Shown piece by piece: positions 39,501-53,920 of a stretch of DNA of 53,920 bases. Numbering within the stretch: the first letter of the stretch is position 1; each line of letters begins with the position of its first letter. Source of the stretch: Ministeria vibrans ATCC 50519 (Eukaryota > Protista > Filasterea). A program made the position numbers and the translations under genes. The notes below the pieces were generated by a model that ran no database searches, was not told the DNA's origin, and saw nothing but the letters and a program-made list of their open reading frames with translations. The stretch spans positions 1-53,920 of the forward strand of contig CALSCP010000388.1 of the NCBI GenBank assembly GCA_943704425.1, in the 5' to 3' direction.

Positions 39501-41751
39501 TCGCCGGTGTTTCTCCTGTGGCTCGATGCCGTGTATCAACTCCTCTGGCAATTCCCGTCGTCCTTTGCCTTCTCGCCTGCACTCCTTGAGCGTCTCTTTT
39601 ACCACTCTCACGCCGGTCGATTCGCGTCGTTTCTTTTCGACTCGTCGTGCGAACGTGCCGAGAAGAACATCAATGGAGCGTCGGCGAGCAGCATGACGAC
39701 GCCCACCGGAAGCATTGCCAGTGCGCAGGCCAGTACTGGTGGTGGAGGTGGAAGTGGAAGAGTGAGTGCAAGTGGCTCGCTCAACAGTACCACGAGTGGC
39801 GCTGTAGGAGGAGGAGGAAATGCGAGCCATCCGGGCAGTGGCAGTAGTAGTGGTGTGAATGGACCATCCATGTCCACACACGCGTATGCCAATGCTCAGT
39901 CGTTGTGGCTTCATCTGGAGCAAGAGGACCGTGGTGGACCGACCTTGGCCAATCTCAAGTACAATCCGCATTCGCATGTGTCACAGGGCTGTCTGCGTCC
40001 GTTTACGCGCGCCGCCGCCATGCGACTGTGGCCCGTCTACCTGTCACATGCTGGCTCAAGCGACTTCCCGTCCCCGGGCAAGACGGAACGACTTGCCATG
40101 CTATTGCATCGCTATGGACAGTTGTTGGCGGTGACGGGCGAGGCCGACGTGTCGCGGAGCACGTCGTGGCGGCAGCTGTGGGTGTCATTGCTCGCGTCGG
40201 TGCGCGATGATGCTCGTTACAATGGCAGTGGCGGGGATGGCGCTGGTGATGATACTGGTGGTGGTGGTGGTCTCTCTTCCGGTGGCGGCAGTCCTGTTGT
40301 CATTGATGGCACTGCGGCGGCGCCCACTGGCGAGGTGGGCACGGCTGCGCAAGTGTTGCTTGCCGATGGGCCAGTGGGTTTCCCGGTACATATGGCAATG
40401 TCGCCACCTGCTTCTCCGATGGTGGGGAAACACGCGTTTTTTGACGACAGTCTTGGCTCGGGCGCTGTTAATACTGGAGGTGCTTTGGGTGCCGCTGGTG
40501 GAGGTGGTGGTTCGTTAAAGCGGAATGTGGTGCGTCGTCAAGCAACGGCGGTGCATCGACGAAACTCGCTCAAGCCGGTTGTGGCTGGCCGACAGCACAC
40601 CATTGAGCCCATGTCCTCCGACGGCCACTCACTCTTTCGCAACCAGCATCAGTTTGAGACGTTTAATTCACTTCAGCCCAGTGCATGTGACCATTGCCAT
40701 CAGTTTCTGTGGGGGGTGATTATCAAGCAGGGCTTTCGCTGTCGCGAGTGCAACTTTGTGTGCCACGACAAGTGTCGCGCGCTCGTGACAACACAGTGCC
40801 ACAAGGAGCGTCGCAAGTCAGCGCGTACGACGACCCCCCCGCGAGGCACTGTCGCCGCCACTGCGGCTCTCTCACCGCCCACTGCGACCTCTGCAGCTGC
40901 CCAGGCCAATGCCAACTCGGGCTCCAATGCCACCTTCATGTCGTTTCTGCGCGACAACTCTGCGTCGCCGACACCCGAGGCCGACAGCACCATTGGACAC
41001 TTTCGTCCCGGTCGCGAAGCGACTACTGCGACAGCGGCAGCGTCAACGGCTGCCGCAGCGGCAGCCGCCGGTCGCGAAGCATCGTCACGACTGGCGTTGC
41101 AACAAGGCAAGAAGGGCGGGCACACGCGCAGCATGAGCGACGGGTCGGTGGTGCCTGAGACGGAGGTCCAGGGTGCCGTGACGGACCCTTCGCCCGTCTC
41201 CGCGAGCACTTTTTTCACGTCAACTGTGCACGAAGGGTATTTGCACAAGACGGGGGGGCGTGTACGCACGTGGAAGCACCGCTACTTTGTGCTTTCGGGC
41301 GATGTGATTCGATACTACTCGACTGCGGCGCGTGCGCGTCTTAAGGGCCAAATTGCCCTGCGCGACGTGCAAGTGGTACAGCCCATTGAGGAGGTGCCTG
41401 TTGCAGTGGGCCGTCTGGCGCTCTCCAAAGATGCCAAGGGCGCCTTCTTCTTTGAAGTGGTACTATCAAGAGAAAGAGAGCGAGAGAGAGAGAGGAGAAG
41501 GAGAGAGAGAAACTAAGAGGGAGAGAGCATGTATGTGTGCGAACGTATGTGATTCTGATAGTACATTGTAGGTGACGGACTTCCGGAGCTACGCGCTGTG
41601 TGCCGAGTCGAGCGACGAGCGGGTGCGGTGGATCCATGCGTTGACCAAGCAGCTCGTGCAGGTGCGTTTGCGCGACAGTGGTCCTGCCGCCAAGAACAGC
41701 GCTGCAGTCCTATCGGCGCAGCACTACTTTTCCGATGATGATGAGACATAA
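33089..41751 (+). CDS. SBF: SET-binding factor / myotubularin-related pseudophosphatase (MTMR5/MTMR13-like): DENN, GRAM, inactive PTP, C1, PH
   Basis: uDENN LFRYP / FFATILTDVNGKRLY; DENN EQRIVF...HPFRFQHVYIPVLP...APTPFVVG; GRAM GSLYITNYRIIF; FRQNRIPVLAW; VMVALGDGRDRTTQIVSLAQILLDPYHRT...EWLSFGHAF; C1 HQF...CDHC; PH EGYLHKTGGRVRTWKHRYFVL. Confidence 0.9.
36428..36584. repeat. Intronic (GT)n microsatellite containing an assembly gap (N 36519-36526)
   Basis: Directly visible. Other gaps lie at 7011-7020 and 8693-8702, both in homopolymers within introns. Confidence 0.95.
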
Positions 41752-41861
41752 TGTTTACTTGTCTCTGTACAATAATAATTATTCTTCATAATTTCAATCA
41801 ATCGTTTTCCCCTTTTGAATTGCAATGTACAGTGATTGGCATGAATAATTCTTTTTTATTC

Positions 41862-42993
41862 TCAAACTTGCATGATTTGAAAGTAAAGGTGATCCTTTTG
41901 GAAGTGCTGATAATCTATGTGAGACAAGTGTATATGAGAGTATGCGCGCGTCTTTGTGGTGGGTGTATGTATGTGTGTGTGTGTCATTGTGATGTGCGTG
42001 AGTGTCTTTGTGGTGTGCGTGGATGTGTGAGTGATGTGTGTATGTGTGTGTGTGTGTGTGTGTCTTTGTAGTGTGTGTGTGTGTGTGTGAGCTCGTACCT
42101 TGACGGGTGAACCAAGAGCCACCCCAGTCCCAGTTGCGAGAGTCAAAGGCAGCGTAGGCGGGAGTACCTGGGTAGATGGTGCTGGGAATGTGGAGTGAGC
42201 GGTTGGCGTACTGTGCCGCGTCCGGTGGAAGAATTTCGTCGCCTTGGTACAAAAGAGAGGTTGAATGAGGCGGAGAAGATGTTACGTTTACCTCTGACGT
42301 AGGGATTTGTGAAAGGGTTAACATCAATGGCACAGCCGTACGCGTGAAGACTGTATGATCCTGGTTTCCCCGTGATGGCTCGACAATTGAAGGCGGAAGT
42401 GTTGTTCGCCTGCACTCGGAGCGAGCGGTGTTATGGTTTGACTTGATTCACTCTGGGTGTCTCCTCACCTCCATCGTGGCATTGTCACTGCCCTGGAAGC
42501 GACAGGCAAGCTTCATGGAATGGATAGGATAGGCGGCGTTGGCAATGTCCTGCGCACAGTGGAGAGAAAGAGAGCAAGAGAGAGAGCAAGAGAGAGAGCA
42601 AGAGAGAGAGCAAGAGAGAGGCAAGAGAGAGAGCAAGAGAGAGAGCAAGAGAGAGAGCAAGAGAGAGAGCAAGAGAGAGTCGGATGATTGTGATGATTTG
42701 TGTTGTGCACTGTGTTGACAAACCTCGAAAATATCAAGCACTTCCGTCGCAAGTGAGCGGTGAACAACCAGCTCGCCTTGGTGGACGACGCCTCCTTCGT
42801 CAAGGTAGTTGAGTTGGAGGTAGGTGAGGCTGGAAATGGGGACGGGACAGTCTGCCTTCCAAGTGTACTTGCGCATCTGCGTCTGGACATCGTCGGGGAT
42901 GGGATAGATCTCGCGCCCCCTCAGGGACAACGCTGAGGCGGGAATGAGTGCCATGGTTGACAGGAGGGCCGCAAACAGAGCGAGACGAGTCAT
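41862..42993 (-). CDS. Secreted M15-family Zn peptidase (D-Ala-D-Ala carboxypeptidase / peptidoglycan peptidase-like), 5 exons, 221 aa
   Basis: Exons 42993-42724, 42549-42469, 42409-42292, 42242-42099 and 41914-41862 total 666 nt. Signal peptide, CPVP..L..L, GELVVH, ANNTSAFNCR, SLHAYGCAIDVNPFTNPYV, WDWGGSW, DYQHFQK. Confidence 0.88.
42568..42679. repeat. Intronic 12-bp tandem repeat (AGAGAGAGCAAG)n in the M15 peptidase gene
   Basis: About 9 tandem units visible. Confidence 0.85.
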
Positions 42994-43134
42994 TCCTGAT
43001 AGATCACACTAAAAGCAGTGACTGCTAATCACTTCGAACTAACTACAAAGTACAAAGTGTGACTCGATCACTCATTATTATCACCGATACGCACAGATTC
43101 ACCACTACACTCTGATCCATACCCCGTACGCACG
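42994..43134. promoter_or_regulatory. Probable 141-bp bidirectional promoter (M15 peptidase / MetRS)
   Basis: Divergent ATGs at 42993 and 43135, TGACTC at 43060, and TCACT/TCATT initiator-like repeats. Confidence 0.5.
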
Positions 43135-43490
43135 ATGTCTAAGATCCGTGGAGCTGCCGGCTCCATCCAGGTTTGTCGTTCCCGTCGCACGAAACTGTCC
43201 TTCTCACTCCCTTCGCTTTGCAGCTGCTCAAGGCGTGTTTATTTGCAGCCACTGGGGGAAGAGACACCATCGACATTGAACGGACGGTACGTGCTTCAGC
43301 ATGGCCCAGTGGCGTTTCCGCTGACGAATCATCGAGCAGAACACGTTTTCCTTTTTTTTTTTTCCTTCTCTCTTGTGTGTCACACCTTTGATCCTCTCTC
43401 CCTTGTCCCATGCGGAGCGTCTGCCATAGCGCATCCTCCGACTCCTCGTTGTGTCTTGCTGGTGTTGTGTCATGGCGTCTCATGCGGCTG

Positions 43491-43521
<31 letters not shown>

Positions 43522-46500
43522 TCTCGCATGGACCTACAGGAGACGTCTGATGAAATTGCGCTGGTCGATGCCGATGGAAAGGTCATTGCTGCAGCCACGC
43601 TGGAGATTGGCCACGCGCTGCTGCCTCCGGGAAAACTTGGGGGCGGTGAAGCACTTCAGGTGTGGGCGGACACATTTGCGGTGGGAGAGGAGTCTGGCGA
43701 TTGGGCTGAGGTTGAGGCAAAGCTGTCGACTGCGGCGACGCTGGTGAACCTGTCGGTGTATGCGACGGTGTCGTTGGCGCCGCCAGCCACGGCGGTGTAC
43801 TCGGCAAGCGAAGAGTGGCGCACTGCGATGGCCTCCGCTCACTGGTCGATCTTTGAGAGTGCCCACCGTCTGTCGGGCACGGACGCGCCGGCTGTGTCGG
43901 CCGACGTGGCCGCTGAAGCCGCTGCGCAGTCGGCGAACCTTCTTGCCGCCGAACACACAGCCATCCGCTCGGAGTGGAGCAAGGGTGAAAATGCCGGAGG
44001 TGGTCTGGCCGAGACGGTGGCAGCACGGGTGCACCCCATTCGTGCCGAAGACAACCAACGCAACATTCTCATCACGAGCGCGCTGCCATACGTGAACAAC
44101 GTGCCGCACTTGGGCAACATCATTGGCTGTGTACTCTCGGCCGACGTCTTCTCGCGCTTTTGCCGCGCACGCAACTACAACGTGCTGTACGTATCGGGCA
44201 CAGACGAGTACGGCACGGCAACAGAGGCACGCGCACAGGAGGAAGGGGTCAGCGAACAGGTCATTTGCGACCGTTTCCACCACATTCACGCTGACATCTA
44301 CCGCTGGTTCGACATTGACTTTGACTACTTTGGACGCACGAGCACCCCCGAGCAGACCGAGACGGCCCAGAGCATCTTCACCGACTGCGACGCTAACGGG
44401 TTCATCACGTCCAGCTCAATTGAGCAGTTTTACTGCGACAGCTGTGAGTCGTTCCTCGCCGATCGCTTCCTGCGCGGCACTTGTCCGCACTGTCACAAGG
44501 CCGACTCGCGCGGCGATCAGTGCGACGCATGCGGCAAGCTTATTGGCACGGGCGCAGAGGCTCTTCAGCCTCCCATCACATGCGCTCGCAAGGTCCATGC
44601 GGGCGATGGCTCCGCTCCGCAAGTCTGCCGCAACACCCCCAACATGCGCACGTCCCGCCATCTCTTTTTGTCCCTCGACAAGCTTCAGGAAAGCCTGCTA
44701 GACTGGTCGCAAAAGGTACACGATTGTATATTATCTCATGTCATTGGATTGGGCCTACCTGAATTTTTATGTTTTTACCCTCAAGTCGTCGGAGAAGGGC
44801 GCATGGACCAGCACCGCCACAAAAATCACCTCATCGTGGCTCAAAGGGCAACTACATGAGCGGTGTATCTCACGGGATCTCAGGTGGGGCATTCCGGTGC
44901 CCAAGGAGGGATTCCAATCCAAAGTGTTTTACGTGTGGTTTGATGCGCCCATTGGATACCACTCGATAACCCGCTGCTACAGCCAGGACGTGTACCGCAG
45001 CTGGTGGCACAATCCCGACCACGTCCAACTCTACCAGTTTATGGCTAAGGTCTAGACCGAAACCGATTCACTTGCTGTCAAAAACGTAGCCTCTTATACT
45101 CTCTCTACTGCTGGTGGGGGGATTTTTCTTCGTATAGGACAATGTGCCGTTCCACTCAGTCATGTTCCCGGCCAGTCTTATTGCCGCCGGGGGCACGCCC
45201 ACCATGCTCCACCATCTCAACGCCATTGAGTATCTCCAGTATGAAGGCACAAAGTTCAGGTATAAAACATAAAGTATCAAAGACGAGACGTTGTCCATAC
45301 TCATGCACACTGACACAATGGTAATCTATTACCTGGACAGCAAATCGAATGGGGTGGGAGTGTTTGGTGACAAGGCCAAGCAGACCAAGGTGGCCGCCGA
45401 CATCTTCCGTTTCTATCTGCTCAGTATTCGCCCTGAGAATGCCGACACTGACTTTTCCTGGCAAGAGTTTGTCGATCGTGCAAACGGTAAGAACGTGTTG
45501 GAGTTGATTAATATCTTTTTACACCTTTCTTTTTTTTATTTTTTTTATAGGGGAACTTGTGTCCAACTTTGGGAATTTCTGTCTGCGGTCACTGACGTTC
45601 TGCTTCAAGTTCTTCGAGGGGGTAATTGTGCGGCCTGACTCAAGTGCTTTTACCGACGACGACATTGCACTCATTGCGGCGGTCAACAAGGAACTGCGCG
45701 AGTACATTGCACTGCTGGAAGCAGTCAAACTGCGCGATGCCATCCGGTGAGTGATTGCTATACATGTATGTGTGTGACTCATTGATTGGTTTATGTAGTG
45801 TTGTGATGAACGTGAGTCGTCTTGGCAATGGTTACATGCAAGCACAGCAGGCGTGGGTAAGCGATAAATTTTGAAAAAAAAAAGTTACGTTCTCTCCTTT
45901 CTTGCTGCTCACTCTATATTTGTTTAGACCCTGGTGAAGAATGAAGAGACCAAGGGACGCGCACACTTGGTGATCAGTTTGTGTGTGCATCTGACGCATC
46001 TGCTGGGGTCGCTAATGCAGCCGTACATGCCGTCGACGGCAGACAAGCTGGTGCGCGAGCAGCTGTGTGCCGAGCCGCTGCGGCTCACGGAGCGATGGGT
46101 GCCGTCGCTGGCGGACGGACACCGACTACCGCCCAAGCCCGAGGTGGACTCGGAGTCGGAGCCGGACTCGGACGCCGAGACGGACGGTGAGTTGCTCAAG
46201 CGCAAGGTCAAGGCCAAGCCATGGCCGCGTCCGCTCTTCAAGACAATCCGTCAGGTCAAGGTCGACAAGTGGAAGGCCAACTTTGGGGGGGACCAGAAGA
46301 AAGCGGATCCTGCGGAGCTAGTGCGTGTCGAGGCCGAGATCAAGACACAGGCCGAGAAGGTGCGTACATTGAAGGAGTCGGGGACGGCGGACGCCGCTGC
46401 GGTGAAGGTGGAGGTAGACGCATTGCTGGCGCTCAAGAAGCGACTGGCCGAGCTCACTGGTGAGGCACCAGCCAAGAAGAAGAGCAAGGGTAGCAAGGGC

Positions 46501-46782
46501 AAGGGAGCAGCAGCAACAACAACGACTACCACGGCGGGTGAAGCTAGCTCGAGTCAAGTACCGGTGGTCAAGAAGGAGTTTGATCCGGCGGAGAAGGCGC
46601 GATTGGATGCGGCCATCGCGGCACAGGCACTCAAGGTGCGTGTGCTCAAGGAGGAGGTGACTGTCGACGCGGACGCGGTCAAGAGCGGTGTGGATGTACT
46701 GCTGCTCTTGAAGAAGGAGCTCGCTGAGTTGACGGGTGAGCCTGTGGATGGTGGAAAGAAGAAGAAGAACAAGAAGAAGTAA
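43135..46782 (+). CDS. MARS1: Cytosolic methionyl-tRNA synthetase with two C-terminal WHEP domains
   Basis: [37 protein letters not shown], Zn knuckles, [40 protein letters not shown], and two Q..KVR.LK...V..LL.LK..L repeats. Confidence 0.96.
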
Positions 46783-46954
46783 TAAATAAAAATTAACAAT
46801 GTTTTTCACTACGCGATCGTTTTTTGTCTATCGTCAATCGTCATTATTGTGTCCCTTGGTCAGGGTGTCGACACGGTGTTGCTTTTCTTTTCGTTTGTGA
46901 GTAGTGGTGAATAAGTTTATAATTATAATTATTTTTACTTATTTTTCAATAATC

Positions 46955-51716
<4,762 letters not shown>

Positions 51717-51746
51717 AGAGACAGAGAGACAAACAGAGAGACAGAG

Positions 51747-51781
<35 letters not shown>

Positions 51782-51972
51782 ATGAGAGAGATTGTGTGTG
51801 AGACGGAATTGCTGTTGTGTCTGAGAGAGAAAGTGAAAGGTTCTGTGTCTCGTTGATGATTATAAAATAAACACTTTTGACTGTTTGCTTTTTTAAGGTT
51901 TTTTATATATAAATTATTACATTTTTAATCACTGTGACATACAGATTGTGAAAGAGTTGATTGTGAAGCAGC

Positions 51973-52159
51973 TCATCTCTTTTTCTTCTTTGAGCGCGAC
52001 TCATCGTTTGTCGACTGCACTGCGTTTGAGTCTTTGAGAATCTTTTCGGCTGCTCGATTGATGTGTTTGAAGCGGTCAGGGCCCAACTGGATTCCACCGT
52101 ACCAACGGGCCACAATCACAACGACATTGGTCGCGTCTGTGCAAACAGAAACAACAAAG

Positions 52160-52201
<42 letters not shown>

Positions 52202-53240
52202 TTTAGTTTTGTCTTGTTACGGAGTATGTCAAGCAAATGGGCAAGTCGTGCGCCTGCGCCGTGTTCTCCGTCGTCGTCGCAGTCACTGATGATCCGCGTT
52301 TCATCGCCTTTACCTACCCAATAATAGATCAGATGAGAAAAATAAAAAGAGGGATGGAGGGAGAGAGAGAAAAAAAGGTAATTGAAAGAGAGGGGAGTGT
52401 GCGTGAGTGTTTGTGTGTTTGTGTGCCTGTGGGAGTAGCCACTCGATACGCTGTCATGTTGTGTGTCGCACGCGCCACTCGTCGGTTGCGTCGCTTGAGA
52501 GACTCTATTGCTGCAAGCGCATCCTCGCGCGTTTCAACACGACACAAATACGCCTGAGACAAAACGAACGGTAAGCAAAAACCCGAAAGGCAACACAGAC
52601 TCAAACGCACTCACCTGAAAGACACTCTTCCGATCAACAATCTGGTCGCCTTCGATGATCTCGTACGTCTCTTCTTCGCCTTGAGGTTCGTCGACAGCAA
52701 GGGGAGCCACTGCAGCAGCGAGTTCGTCCGCCCGTCGTGCGTCAGTCGGTGAGTGAGTTAGTGCGTCGTTCTCTGGTCCTTTCGCTTCCTTCGGTGTCCG
52801 CTCAGCGATGAAGTCCCGCAGGCTCTCTATCCACAGGTGAAGCACCTCGGCGCCGATGTTGTCCATGTACAGCTCCGACAGCTGCGAGTCGATGCGCGAT
52901 CGGTCGCCAGAGCGCAAAGGAAAGTGTTCCGTCGCCAGATTGTACACTACGGAATTACGTCGAATATTTGGCGCGAACGAGAACATTCGTCTGAGTCAAT
53001 ACCTGGAGGGGATAGCGACGGATAGGTAGGGGGCAGCGTGAAGGACAGCGTGACGCCCTGCAAGGCCAGTGGTCAGTTTCGTTCAAACAGAGAATGATTA
53101 TATTTTCGAACGGGCGATGAGTGATCACGAGCGATCGCCACTGAATAGCCGGCGCCGTCCTTTCGGAAGGCTGTGCCATATATGGCCTCGAGAGCCTCGA
53201 TTTCGTACTCTTGACGACGTTCGTCCGATTCGTCGTCCAT
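51973..53240 (-). CDS. IMPACT: IMPACT/Yih1 (RWD plus UPF0029 domain)
   Basis: EIEALEAIYG, DRKSVFQ, ATHNMTAYR, DCDDDGEHGAGARL, VARWYGGIQLGPDRFKHIN. Confidence 0.93.
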
Positions 53241-53920
53241 AATAAAATAAATGAATAAAAAATTCAGAAGATCGATAATAATTATTATGAACAACCAACA
53301 AAATCGCGGAAAGTCAAAGTCCGATCGTTGTCTTTGAACACTCTGATTTAGATTACGAATTTCACTATATGTGTGCTCTTGACTCTTGTTAGTTGTTGAG
53401 TGAACTCGCTTCAACGTTAAGGATTCCACTACCGACTTGGATCAAATCACATTTACATAGTGGGAACATAGAGTCGCTCTCATGGGCTGTGAGACAGTTG
53501 CTGTGAATGTCATCGTCGAGTAGTCACTACGGAGTCCGTAGACTCAGACTCAAAGAGTCGGCTCACTCAAGTAGGCTCGCTGTGAGTCATTGTGAGTTTT
53601 AGGTTGGGTGTAAGTTTCGTCAAAGTGAGTGGACAGACCATGAATATTATAAGAGAATGTCTTCGTTCCTTTAAACAATAACACTACAGGACTGATCATG
53701 ACAAGTCACGCCAGCGCGGAATAAAATGAATTGGATACTTGCTAGTCACTAGTCACCAGAATTTAGAGTCGTGAGTCACTCACAATAGTTTAATGTGGTC
53801 GAGTGAAAAAGTGGCGAACGCGCCTGATGAAATAGTGTCAATTCACCCTCAGCATAAGAAGCACAAAGAGAAAAAGACATCTTCAAGAAGGAAAACAACC
53901 TCCTCTCACACTAAGCCTCA

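Noticed and set aside
41862-42993. Bacterial contamination as the source of the M15 gene
   Set aside because: It has spliceosomal introns with host repeats and gap-free junctions to its eukaryotic neighbours.

Overview
Gene-dense, intron-rich eukaryotic nuclear DNA with GT-AG introns full of (GA)n, (CA)n and (ATT)n microsatellites, and three small N gaps. Manual splicing gives 19 protein-coding genes: B3GALT6-like (3' part), an unknown beta-rich nuclear-type protein, an ankyrin-CaaX protein, a 4xPH protein, calreticulin, epsilon-tubulin, GCKR-like, a SET/SMYD-like protein, HYLS1-like, V-ATPase D, a 21xEGF/ZU5-like transmembrane receptor, a coiled-coil protein, Ric-8, a disordered adaptor-like protein, SBF/MTMR5/13, a secreted bacterial-type M15 peptidase, MetRS, a syntrophin-like split-PH/PDZ plus RhoGEF fusion, and IMPACT. 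The gene content suggests a flagellated unicellular holozoan (inference). The most notable items are an intron-bearing, secreted bacterial-type peptidoglycan peptidase (probable HGT), a Notch/Crumbs-like receptor with an extracellular ZU5-like domain and a PDZ-binding tail, a syntrophin-RhoGEF fusion, and a dispersed intronic AAACAAAGTGATAG element tied to GA microsatellites. Exon boundaries were read by eye and family calls come from recalled motifs; no searches were run.
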